DNA of 64,000 nt from positions 5,327 through 69,326 of the forward strand of contig JAUWYX010000007.1 of NCBI GenBank assembly GCA_030615625.1. The letters run 5' to 3'. Source of the stretch: Dehalococcoidia bacterium. GTDB lineage: Bacteria; Chloroflexota; Dehalococcoidia; GIF9; AB-539-J10. The notes beneath the pieces were generated by a model. The model saw only the letters and a list, made by a program, of their open reading frames with translations, was not told where the DNA came from and made no database searches. Both the position numbers and the translations under genes were made by a program. Positions 39,832-49,135 of the stretch are shown here, piece after piece (positions within the stretch are counted from its first letter, which is position 1; the number at the start of each line of letters is the position of its first letter).

Positions 39832-42162
39832 ATGAAGAAAGAGAAAAAGCTTCTATTGTTCTTAGCACTGATTCTTGTTGGTGTGCTGCTTTTTGGCGCT
39901 GTCCCGGCTTTGGCCGGTGAAAATCCTGGTCGTGGAAAGTCACTGGCGGAAGCCAGAAAGGCGCTGGAACAAGAACTTTTGCCTCTGGCGGGAGCCGGCT
40001 TTGTTGGCATCGCCCATTCGGAAGCTGAGGGCGAAATCACCGTCTTTGTCGAGAATGAACAGACGAAGCAAAGAGTGCCGCGCTCCTTTGAAGGCTACGC
40101 GGTGCGGACGGAAGTTACCGGGAAAATACAAGCATTTTCTACTCAGGTAGCGGAGCCCCTAAACGGCGTTAGTCCTGAGAGACGACACGAGGTCAGCCCT
40201 CTGGTTGGCGGGATAAGCCTGTCAGCCTACGTCCCGGACCTGTATTATGCCGGAACCCTGGGCATGGTCACCTATGACGACAAGATTCTGTCTAATGCCC
40301 ACGTTATCGCTATGGATCCGGATACGCATGAGTTTCTCGCCCTAGGAACAGACATCATCCAGCCCGGAAGTGGCGACGGAGGAAATATGGGAGATCGGGT
40401 GGGGGAACTAGAAGCATACATACCTATTGACTTTGACCCTGGTGCGGAAAACTATGCTGATGCTGCTATAGGCAGTATTGATGAGGGTGTTGATGCGTCC
40501 TACGGTGAGCAGTTTGATGAAGGAGATAATTACTGGGTTGAAGGGTGGACCGAGGTCTCTACGGGAGATATCGTACGAAAATCTGGGCGCACGACTGGAG
40601 TAACCACCGGCGAGGTGTATCAAACCAATGGCTCTGTCTGGGTTGAGTACGACGGCCAAGCAGCTCATTTCGTGGACCAAATTATAGTAGAGCAAGTGAA
40701 TTGGTCCTTCTCAGGGCACGGTGATTCAGGCTCCGCGGTGGATAAAGATGGAGAGTTCGTGGGGCTGGTTTTTGCTGGCTCCCACGACTACGCGTTCATT
40801 AACAAGGCAGGGCACATTATTAATGGGCTTGGTATCGCTGTTGAGCCTCTGGAGGGTCAGTATAGCCTCTCCATCTCCAGCACCCCTGGCGGTGAGGTGA
40901 CCACCCCCGGTGAGGGAATGTATATCTACGATGCCGAGGAAGTGGTCTCCCTTGTCGCTGAGGCTGACGTTGGCAACCACTACCACTTTGTGGAATGGAC
41001 TGGCGATGTGGAGGAAATCGACAATCCTGAGGCTGCCTCGACCAACATAACCATGAATGACTCTTACTCCATCACCGCTAACTTTGAACTAGACCCAGGT
41101 TGGTATAGCCTCACCATCTCCAGCACCGAAGGCGGCTCGGTAACCGAACCCGGTGAAGGGCCTTTTATCTATGCCGCTAGCATGGTGGTCAACCTTGTTG
41201 CTGAATATGACGAACACTACCACTTTGTGGAATGGACTGGCGATGTGGATGAAATCGACAATCCTGAGGCTGCCTCGACCAACATCACCATGAACGGCTC
41301 CTACTCCATCACCGCCAACTTTGAACTAGACGAAGGTTGGCATAGCCTCACCATCTCCAGCACCGAAGGCGGCTTGGTAACCACCCCCGGTGAGGGGACT
41401 TCTGTCCATGCCGCTAACACGACGGTCGACCTTGTCGCTGAGCCTAACGTAGGCTACCAGTTTTTGAGGTGGACTGGCAATGTAAGTACCATCGCCGATG
41501 TCGATGCTGCCGAGACCACCATCGCCATGAACGCTTCCTATTCCATCACCGCCACTTTTGAGACGTCGCACCCCGAACCCATCATGGTGATATTGACGGT
41601 ATCCAGCACCACTGGTGGCTCGGTAACTACCCCCAGTGAGGGGACATTCTCGTGTCCTCTCGGCTCTGCAGTCAACCTTGTGGCTGAGGCAGTGAGTGGC
41701 TACCGGTTTACCAACTGGTCGGGCGATGTGGGCACCATTGCCGATGTTAACGATGCCACCACCACCATCACCATGGACAGCTCCTACTCCATCATAGCCA
41801 ATTTTAGTGGGGCTGGCTCGCGGTGCTTCATCGCCACCGCAGCCTACGGCACGCCCATGGCAGAGGAAATAGAAATTTTGCGTGACTTCAGAGATGAATA
41901 CTTGCTCACCAGCCCGGTAGGGAAGGCTTTGGTGGAGTTTTACTACAGGGTCAGCCCACCAATAGCTGAGTTCATAACTGAGCATCCCAGCCTGAAGCCA
42001 ATAGTGAGGGCTGGGCTGCTGCCGGCTGTGGCCATGAGCACCATAGCCGTCAACACTACTCCGGCCGAGAAGATGGTTATAGCAGGCTTGCTGGTGCTGG
42101 TTTCAGTGGCACTGGCTGTCTGGGCAACGAGGCGGCGAGATAGAGGCCCAGAGTATACCTAA
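39832..42162 (+). CDS. Secreted trypsin-like (S1) serine protease with four InlB-B/Flg_new-type repeats and a CFI-box C-terminal anchor domain
   Basis: Signal peptide and catalytic triad motifs SNAHV, DAA and GDSGS. Four ~79-aa LTISS..WTGD..YSITANF repeats. RCFIATAAYG..RDFRD..YY..SPP domain, then a TM segment and RRR. Confidence 0.85.
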   Translation: MKKEKKLLLFLALILVGVLLFGAVPALAGENPGRGKSLAEARKALEQELLPLAGAGFVGIAHSEAEGEITVFVENEQTKQRVPRSFEGYAVRTEVTGKIQAFSTQVAEPLNGVSPERRHEVSPLVGGISLSAYVPDLYYAGTLGMVTYDDKILSNAHVIAMDPDTHEFLALGTDIIQPGSGDGGNMGDRVGELEAYIPIDFDPGAENYADAAIGSIDEGVDASYGEQFDEGDNYWVEGWTEVSTGDIVRKSGRTTGVTTGEVYQTNGSVWVEYDGQAAHFVDQIIVEQVNWSFSGHGDSGSAVDKDGEFVGLVFAGSHDYAFINKAGHIINGLGIAVEPLEGQYSLSISSTPGGEVTTPGEGMYIYDAEEVVSLVAEADVGNHYHFVEWTGDVEEIDNPEAASTNITMNDSYSITANFELDPGWYSLTISSTEGGSVTEPGEGPFIYAASMVVNLVAEYDEHYHFVEWTGDVDEIDNPEAASTNITMNGSYSITANFELDEGWHSLTISSTEGGLVTTPGEGTSVHAANTTVDLVAEPNVGYQFLRWTGNVSTIADVDAAETTIAMNASYSITATFETSHPEPIMVILTVSSTTGGSVTTPSEGTFSCPLGSAVNLVAEAVSGYRFTNWSGDVGTIADVNDATTTITMDSSYSIIANFSGAGSRCFIATAAYGTPMAEEIEILRDFRDEYLLTSPVGKALVEFYYRVSPPIAEFITEHPSLKPIVRAGLLPAVAMSTIAVNTTPAEKMVIAGLLVLVSVALAVWATRRRDRGPEYT
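40860..41810 (+). repeat. Intragenic tandem repeats with a ~237-bp period
   Basis: CCACTTTGTGGAATGGACTGGCGATGTGGA recurs at 40983 and 41220. Four units in total. Confidence 0.85.
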
Positions 42163-42344
42163 GGGTGAGATTGTACATTTGCCTGCTGTAATACCTCCAC
42201 GACCCTGGCAGTGCTCTGCAATGGCGAAATAAAGGAATGTAATTGCCATGCTTTGTTCACCCTCACTTTAATCCTCTCCCATCAAGGGAGAAGAGATGCC
42301 CCTTTTAAGAAAGTCCGTTTTTTGCTACAATTGTCCACCGAGCA

Positions 42345-45300
42345 ATGAGTTATTTCCTGGGCGTAGATATTGGATCTGTCAATGCTAAGCTGGCGCTCAT
42401 AGACGAGAACTGCAGGGTCGTTCAGTTTGATACTGAGAAAGTAAGCTCCAGCCCCAGGGCCGCCGTCAGTTCACTTATCGCCAGGCTGGGCGAGAGATTC
42501 AATGTTGAAGAGATTGTCGCTGCTGGTGTATCCGGCTCAGGCAGGGCTGTTATCCCCAAGGAGCTTGGCTGGACGGAATACAGCAGCTCACTGGCGATTG
42601 CCTCTGGGCTGCTCCATCGTTACCCCGACGTTAAAACTATCATACAAATCGGCGGCCAGAGCACCCTGGTGATAGAGCTGGAAGATGGCTTGAGAAAACC
42701 GTGGAAGGTGGCATCCAATCCCCTTTGTGCTGCGGGCACGGGAAGGTTCCTGGAGCAACAGGCCTACAGGATTGGCATCAGCATGGAAGACTTCGCCACC
42801 CTGGCCCTGAAATGTAAGGGCACTCCTCCTAGGATAGCCGCCCGATGCAGCGTCTTTGCCAAGACCGACCTCATCCACCTACAGCAGAAGGGAGCCCCGC
42901 TGGACGCCATGCTCTACGCACTCTGCGAAAGCGTGGCCCGAATGGTCGCCTCTTTGAAGAAAGGAACTTTCCAGGAGCCGGTCTATTTTGTGGGCGGCGT
43001 TGCCGCCAATCCTGCCGTGGCCAAATCCCTCAACGATATGATTTCTGCCAGGAATGGGCATCCCGTTGAGATAATCATTCCCGAAGATTACCTTCACATG
43101 GAGTCCCTGGGTTCGGCATTACTGTCCATAGGAAAAACTTCTCAGGGCGTTACGCTGTCAGGAACAGATGCCAGGCAGCGCCATTTTGAAATGCCCAGGC
43201 TGGAAATTGTCGCCGTTCAGGACGGTAAGGATGGTCAGAGGATAGAAGAACCATGTGTTGGCTACCTCGGGGTTGACGTTGGCTCCACCAGCACCAAGGC
43301 TGTGATAATGGATGAATCGGGCACACGATTGCTGGGGAAGAACTACCTGATGACTGCGGGAAGGCCAATTGAGGCTGTCAGGCAGGTCTTCAGAAACTTG
43401 CTTTGGGAGGGTGCAGACAAGGTCAAGATAGCTGGCGTCGGCGTTACCGGCTCTGGTAGATATCTGGTGGGTGGCTTCATCGGGGCAGACTTGATTAAGA
43501 ATGAGATAACGGCACAGACCAGGGCTGCCGCCGAGTTGGACACTGAAGCAGACATTATCGAGATTGGTGGGCAGGACTCCAAGCTGGTCATCAAGAGAAA
43601 CGGCGTGGTCGTGGACTATCATATGAACAAGGCCTGTGCCGCGGGGACAGGAAGCTTCATTGACGAACTAGCCGAGATGCTCGGCATTTCCGTGACCAAT
43701 GGTGAGTTTGCTGACCTGGCATTTGCTGCCCCCCATACCATTGAGCTGGGGACGAGATGTGCTGCTTTTATGGGTCAGGCGGTGGCCTCGGCACAGCAAG
43801 AAGGCGTGCCGCTGGAAATAATCACGGCCAGTCTGGCTAACTCCATAGCTAAGAACTATCTCTCCAAGGTGGTGGAGCACAGAAAGCTGGGCGACAAGGT
43901 TATCCTCACTGGAGCGGTATTCTACAACAAAGCCGTAGTCTCTGCCTTCCACCAGCAGCTTAAAGGTAAAACATTGACCGTGCCGGAGCACAAGGAAGTC
44001 AGCGGCGCCATAGGCGCAGCCCTACTGGCAAAAGAGGCCATGGCCGGCCAGGAATCGAAGTTCAAGGGCTGTCAGGAGGTTGTGGACAGAGAGTGTAAAC
44101 TTACTACATTTGTGTGCAAAGGGTGCGACAACAACTGCACCATTACCAGGATGGAGATGCCCGGTGAAGAGCATAGCTATTATGGCAGCAGGTGCGACAA
44201 GTACGACGCCATAGCCAGCCATGCCAAGAGAGAGACCTTCTTCGATAAGCGGGAACAGTTGCTCTTTCGAGAGTACAAAAAGGATTCCGGCACAGGGCCT
44301 GTGGTGGGCATTCCCAGAGCATTGCTGGTCTATGACTATGCTCCGCTTATTATCGGGTTCCTTAATGCCCTCGACGCCAAGGTTGCCCTTTCCAGCCAGA
44401 CCAACAACGCAATCATGGAGCAGGCCATCGAGCTAAGCTACACCGACAGTTGTTTTCCCATGAAGCTTCTCCACGGGCATGCGGCAATGCTTAAGGATGT
44501 GGATTACATCCTTTATCCCTGCGCCATTCGCCTGGGTAGCAAAGATGGGGATGCGAACCAGAAATACTCCTGTCCCTTAGTTCAGGCCTCTCCGTTCATA
44601 ATACGCAATGTGCTTGGCTTTGGGGAACGGCTGTTGATACCCATAATTGATTTCAGTCGAGGCGATGACGATGTGATAAAGAACCTGGCGGATGTCGCCG
44701 TGAAGATGGGGTTCAGTAGAAAGAAAGGCAAGGAAGCAGCCCTGGCTGGCATTGAATCTCAGCGGAGATTCGAGGCCGACCAGGCAGTGCTGGGCAGGGA
44801 ACTATTGAAGCAACTGCGCCAAAGCGACCAGTTGGGCGTGGTCCTCTTCGCCAGGTCTTATATGTCGCAGGATGCCGGGGCAAATCTGGGCATAGCGGAG
44901 AAGCTCGCTCAGCTTGGGGTGGTGCCCATACCGCTGGACTTTTTGCCCCTGGAGTCGGTGAATGCCAAGGATTACTCCGACCGACCGTACTGGTTCTATG
45001 AGAACAAATATATAGCCGGCGCGGCTATAACTGTCTCAGACCCGCAGCTTTATGGGTTGTCGCTGACAAACTTTGGATGCGGCCCGAACTCCTTTATCCT
45101 CCACCTTGTAGAAGATATCATGGGGGGCAAGCCTCTGGGGCAGTTGGAAATAGACGAGCATGCCGCTGAGGCTGGTATCGTTACCCGCCTCGAAGCCTTC
45201 GTCGACACCATTGAAGGATTTGCCCACTCTGCCGGGAAGCAGGAAGCGCCACATAAAGAAGATATCTATCGGAGAGCATTTCCGGCCGTCATTGATACCG

Positions 45301-46484
45301 CGAAGACCTTCATTATTCCCAGGATGGCGCCGCACATTGAGCTTGTAGGTGCGCTTCTAGAGGGCAGCGGCTTCCGAGCAGTTGTGCTTCCTGAGGCCAA
45401 TGAACGCAATCTACTCTATGCTGATAAGATAACATCGGGCATGGAATGTTTGCCCTATCGGGTAACCCTGGGCGACTTTCTGAGGTTCAGTTACGAAGAT
45501 GGCACTGACTTGAAAAACGTAGAGGCAGTTATGGCGGGGGCATATGGTCCCTGCCGCTTTGGGAAATATGCGCTGGAACAAATCAAGATACTTAAGGACG
45601 TGGGCATTGACCTTCCCATACGGACCACTGTGTCGAACAATGCGTATCGGGATACAGACATTAGCCCTCGTTTTGCCCGCCTCGCCTGGAAGGGCTGCGT
45701 GGCTATTGACTATCTCCAAAGGTCACTCTGGCGCACTCGCCCTTATGAAAAGAAGTCGGGCTCGGCAGACGAATTGTTTGATGAATATCTGGGCAGAATT
45801 GTCGGTCGCGTCCGTAAGAAAGAAAGTCTCGATGATATCCTGAGCCACGTAAATTCTGATTTTAGGTCTCTCATTGACCCTGAACTGCCCCGCAAGCCTC
45901 TAGTGGGCATTAATGGCGAAATCTTTTTGCGCTCCAACAGATTTAGCAACCAGGACCTGGTCAGGGAATGTGAAAAGGCTGGATTGGAGGTCGTCGTCTC
46001 TTCCATAGGAGAATGGATAAAATATATCTTCTACCGGCATGTTGAGGATGCTGTAAGGGACCGCAAATTCCTGAAGGCGCTGATTAGCTATATTATAAAA
46101 CGTGTCTGGGAACATGACGAGCACAAGGTAGTCAAACATTTCCAGAACCTCGTTGATATGAAAGAGCCCTCAACGGAGGAAGTACTGAGGTGGACAAGTG
46201 AGTGGCTTTCCCCAAAATGCGGAAGTGAGGCAGTTCTCAGTATAGGTAGTGGAGTCGAATGGATGGAGAATCCTAAGTTTGCTGGTGTGATATCAGTAAT
46301 GCCCCATGGTTGTATGCCCGGTGGAATTGTAGCTGCGATGTCAGAAAAATTCAGTGTTCTGTATCGTAAGCCCTGGATCAATCTCACATATGACGGCTTT
46401 GTGGAAAGCACCAACCTTACGAGAATCAATAATTTTGCCGAGGTGCTTAGATTTTGTAGCCAGGAAAGGAATGAAGGTATTTAG
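42345..46484 (+). CDS. Multidomain acyl-CoA dehydratase activase (two BadF/BadG/BcrA/BcrD ASKHA domains plus DUF2229/HgdAB-like domains)
   Basis: Motifs GVDIGS/GVDVGSTSTK, IGGQ, CAAGTG (twice), CKGCDNNC, CFPMK, FGCGP and GPCRFG. Confidence 0.9.
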   Translation: MSYFLGVDIGSVNAKLALIDENCRVVQFDTEKVSSSPRAAVSSLIARLGERFNVEEIVAAGVSGSGRAVIPKELGWTEYSSSLAIASGLLHRYPDVKTIIQIGGQSTLVIELEDGLRKPWKVASNPLCAAGTGRFLEQQAYRIGISMEDFATLALKCKGTPPRIAARCSVFAKTDLIHLQQKGAPLDAMLYALCESVARMVASLKKGTFQEPVYFVGGVAANPAVAKSLNDMISARNGHPVEIIIPEDYLHMESLGSALLSIGKTSQGVTLSGTDARQRHFEMPRLEIVAVQDGKDGQRIEEPCVGYLGVDVGSTSTKAVIMDESGTRLLGKNYLMTAGRPIEAVRQVFRNLLWEGADKVKIAGVGVTGSGRYLVGGFIGADLIKNEITAQTRAAAELDTEADIIEIGGQDSKLVIKRNGVVVDYHMNKACAAGTGSFIDELAEMLGISVTNGEFADLAFAAPHTIELGTRCAAFMGQAVASAQQEGVPLEIITASLANSIAKNYLSKVVEHRKLGDKVILTGAVFYNKAVVSAFHQQLKGKTLTVPEHKEVSGAIGAALLAKEAMAGQESKFKGCQEVVDRECKLTTFVCKGCDNNCTITRMEMPGEEHSYYGSRCDKYDAIASHAKRETFFDKREQLLFREYKKDSGTGPVVGIPRALLVYDYAPLIIGFLNALDAKVALSSQTNNAIMEQAIELSYTDSCFPMKLLHGHAAMLKDVDYILYPCAIRLGSKDGDANQKYSCPLVQASPFIIRNVLGFGERLLIPIIDFSRGDDDVIKNLADVAVKMGFSRKKGKEAALAGIESQRRFEADQAVLGRELLKQLRQSDQLGVVLFARSYMSQDAGANLGIAEKLAQLGVVPIPLDFLPLESVNAKDYSDRPYWFYENKYIAGAAITVSDPQLYGLSLTNFGCGPNSFILHLVEDIMGGKPLGQLEIDEHAAEAGIVTRLEAFVDTIEGFAHSAGKQEAPHKEDIYRRAFPAVIDTAKTFIIPRMAPHIELVGALLEGSGFRAVVLPEANERNLLYADKITSGMECLPYRVTLGDFLRFSYEDGTDLKNVEAVMAGAYGPCRFGKYALEQIKILKDVGIDLPIRTTVSNNAYRDTDISPRFARLAWKGCVAIDYLQRSLWRTRPYEKKSGSADELFDEYLGRIVGRVRKKESLDDILSHVNSDFRSLIDPELPRKPLVGINGEIFLRSNRFSNQDLVRECEKAGLEVVVSSIGEWIKYIFYRHVEDAVRDRKFLKALISYIIKRVWEHDEHKVVKHFQNLVDMKEPSTEEVLRWTSEWLSPKCGSEAVLSIGSGVEWMENPKFAGVISVMPHGCMPGGIVAAMSEKFSVLYRKPWINLTYDGFVESTNLTRINNFAEVLRFCSQERNEGI

Positions 46485-46513
46485 GCAACCTTACCTCCAG
46501 CTAATGTGCAATT

Positions 46514-48664
46514 TCAACCCTGGGTTTGTGTTGGACTTCTAGTTCTTCTGCCCCTTCTACGCACGAGATAAATCACCAGTCCCACTACTACTGCCGCCGC
46601 TATAATGCCGCCGATGAGAGCCCAATTTATCGGTGGTTTCCGCTCAAAGTTAGCTGTTATAGAATAATTATCGGTCATGGCGATGATGGTTGTGGCGGCA
46701 TTCACATCGAAGATGGCACCCACGTCACCCGTCCAGTTGACGAAGCGGTAGCCCGCATCGGGTTTGGAAACCAGATGAACCATCGCCCCGGCATTATAAT
46801 CGAACGACTCCTCGCCAGGGGTGATTACGGCCCCGCCAGCTGTACTGGATATGGTAAGGGTGTGGTGGGTGATAGTCCCCAGATTCCATTTGACAAACTC
46901 GACCCCGGCGCCTGCGGCGACCGCAGTGCCGTCAGATTTGAGCCCCACCGTGTGCCCGGCTGCGGCGACCTGGACGATATCTCTCCAGTCGCTGACATCG
47001 CACTGCTCAAAGAAATTACGCCCCACGGCGACCACGGTGCCGTCCTCCTTAGCTCCCACCGTATAATCATAGCCAGCGGCGACCTGGACGATGTCTCTCC
47101 AGTCGCTGATATCACACTGCCCCCGGTTGTTGTATCCCACGGCGACCACGGTACCGTCGGATTTAAGCCCCACAGTGTGCTCGCTACCAGCGGTGACCTG
47201 TACGATGTCGCTCCAGCCGCCCTCGCATTCCCCAGCGTAGTTAAGTCCCACCGCGACCGAGACGCCGTCGGCCTTAAGCCCCACCATGCACCGGTCGCCT
47301 GCGGCGACCTGTACGATTTGTATCCAGTCACCGACATCCAACTGCCCGTAATCGTATCCCACGGTGACCAGGGTGCCGTCGGACTTAAGCCCCACTGTGT
47401 AAATGTCGCCTGCGGCGATCTGGACGATGTTTGTCCAGTGACTGACATCGCACTGACCGTAGTATTTGTATCCCACGGCGACCACGGTGCCGTCCGCCTT
47501 AGCCCCAGCGGTATGGTAGCCGCCTGCGGCGATCTGGACGATGTTCGTCCAATCGCCGACATTGCACTCCCCATACTCGTTTCTTCCCGTGGCGACTACG
47601 GTGCCGTCGGCCTTAAGCCCCACCGTGTGAAGCCCGCCTGCGGCGATCTGGACGATGTCTGTCCAACCACTGACATCGCACTGCCCCTGGTCGTTGGATT
47701 CCACGGCGACCACGGTGCCATCGGACTTAAGCCCTACTATGTGATCCCTGCCAGCGGTGACTTGGACGATGTCCGTCCAGCTGCGCACATCCATCACCCC
47801 AAAGCGGTCGGGTCCCGCGACGACCACTGAGTCGTTGCTCTTAAGTGCCACTGTATGCTCGTAGCCTGCGGCAACCTGGACGATGTCCTTCCAGTTACTG
47901 ACATCACATTGTCCCTGGTCGTTTGATCCCACGGCGACCACGGTGCCGTCGGCCTTAAGCCCCACCGTGTGAAGCCCGCCTGCGGCGACCTGGACGATAT
48001 CTGTCCAGTCGCCGACATTGCACCTTCTGTCATCATTGTATCCCACGGCGACCACGGTGCCGTCGGATTTAAGCCCCACCGTGTGCGCCTTGCCCGCGGA
48101 GAACCGGACGATGTCTGTCCAGCCGCCGACGTCGCACTCCCCGCAGTAGTTTTGTCCCGCGGCGACCACGGTGCCGTTGGATTTAAGCCCCACCGTGTGC
48201 GCTCCACCTGCGGAGACGCGGACGATGTCCGTCCAGCCATCGACATCACATTGGCCATATTCGTTGTATCCCACGGCGACCACGGTGCCGTCGGCTTTTA
48301 GCCCCACAGTATGACCCCCGAAAGTTTCGCCGCCTGCGGCGACTTGGATGATGTCCGTCCAGTCACTGACGTCACACTCCCCCCGGTAATTGTATCCCAC
48401 CGCGACTACGGTGCCGTCGGATCTAAGCCCCGCCGTGTGCCTCCAGCCTGCGGCAACCATAGGCGTTACGTTTCCTTGAAGGGTGTTCAATGCCATTGTG
48501 AGAATAAGACTGGGGTTATCTACCGTCGAATGACTAATAGAATGGTCATCTGTCACAGGCACAGCTGCCGAAGCCGCTGCCATCGATACAGGAAGAATCG
48601 GACTGAAGACCAGAACAATGGAAAGTAAAACTCCTGGGAAGCTCCTCCTTTTCTTCATTGCCAT
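46514..48664 (-). CDS. Surface protein with 14 RCC1/BLIP-II-like repeats, one InlB-B/Flg_new repeat and a C-terminal membrane anchor
   Basis: Signal peptide, fourteen IVQVAAGxxHTVGLKxDGTVVAVG units, and a NWALIGGIIAAAVVVGLVIYLVRRR tail. Confidence 0.88.
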   Translation of the reverse strand: MAMKKRRSFPGVLLSIVLVFSPILPVSMAAASAAVPVTDDHSISHSTVDNPSLILTMALNTLQGNVTPMVAAGWRHTAGLRSDGTVVAVGYNYRGECDVSDWTDIIQVAAGGETFGGHTVGLKADGTVVAVGYNEYGQCDVDGWTDIVRVSAGGAHTVGLKSNGTVVAAGQNYCGECDVGGWTDIVRFSAGKAHTVGLKSDGTVVAVGYNDDRRCNVGDWTDIVQVAAGGLHTVGLKADGTVVAVGSNDQGQCDVSNWKDIVQVAAGYEHTVALKSNDSVVVAGPDRFGVMDVRSWTDIVQVTAGRDHIVGLKSDGTVVAVESNDQGQCDVSGWTDIVQIAAGGLHTVGLKADGTVVATGRNEYGECNVGDWTNIVQIAAGGYHTAGAKADGTVVAVGYKYYGQCDVSHWTNIVQIAAGDIYTVGLKSDGTLVTVGYDYGQLDVGDWIQIVQVAAGDRCMVGLKADGVSVAVGLNYAGECEGGWSDIVQVTAGSEHTVGLKSDGTVVAVGYNNRGQCDISDWRDIVQVAAGYDYTVGAKEDGTVVAVGRNFFEQCDVSDWRDIVQVAAAGHTVGLKSDGTAVAAGAGVEFVKWNLGTITHHTLTISSTAGGAVITPGEESFDYNAGAMVHLVSKPDAGYRFVNWTGDVGAIFDVNAATTIIAMTDNYSITANFERKPPINWALIGGIIAAAVVVGLVIYLVRRRGRRTRSPTQTQG
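46900..48460 (-). repeat. Intragenic tandem repeats with a ~114-bp (38-aa) period
   Basis: The motif GGCGACCACGGTGCCGTCGG..TTAAGCCCCAC recurs on the + strand. Confidence 0.9.
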
Positions 48665-48764
48665 CCCTCTTATTTGTGCGCGCTGTTTCATTTTGGGCAG
48701 TTTTGACCGCCAAAATGTCTGGCTTTTAATATTATATCATACGCTCCGTATAATCCTTGCCGTG

Positions 48765-48792
48765 TTGACAATTAGATTTTAGATGATATACT
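48765..48792 (+). promoter_or_regulatory. Sigma70 promoter of the PadR gene (nearly leaderless transcript)
   Basis: TTGACA-16 nt-TATACT with an extended TG. The ATG lies 9 nt downstream. Confidence 0.6.
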
Positions 48793-48801
48793 AAAAGGGT
48801 T

Positions 48802-49134
48802 ATGGCTCAATCTTATGTTCGCCTATTGTTAAGGGGTGTCGTGGAGCCTTTGCTGCTCTTTATTATAGGCGAATTACCCATACATGGCTATGAGATTGCC
48901 AGAGAACTAGAGCGGAGGAGCGAAGGCTACTTTGATCTTACGGCAAGCACCCTTTACTCCGCATTACGCCGTTTGGAGAGCAGAGGACTTGTGGCAAGCT
49001 CGTGGCAGCTAGTTGCCAAGCAAAGGCGCCGATGTTATGAGTTGACCGAGAAAGGTCGTCAGATTCTGGCTGAAGAATTAGCTCAGTGGCAGAAGTTTCT
49101 TGGTGCTACTGACAGAGTTATAGACAGCCAGTGA
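48802..49134 (+). CDS. PadR-family transcriptional regulator
   Basis: Motifs HGYEI, TLYSALRRLE and RRCYELTEKG. Confidence 0.93.
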   Translation: MAQSYVRLLLRGVVEPLLLFIIGELPIHGYEIARELERRSEGYFDLTASTLYSALRRLESRGLVASSWQLVAKQRRRCYELTEKGRQILAEELAQWQKFLGATDRVIDSQ

Positions 49135-49135
49135 A

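Noticed and set aside
46526-47830. 434-aa plus-strand ORF and other long alternative-frame ORFs over the RCC1 gene
   Set aside because: These are shadow ORFs caused by GC-rich tandem repeats lacking stops. The minus-strand frame has the signal peptide, domains and anchor.
46900-48460. Possible CRISPR array or DGR target
   Set aside because: The repeats are in-frame coding units without unique spacers. No cas genes, reverse transcriptase or template/variable repeat pair was seen.
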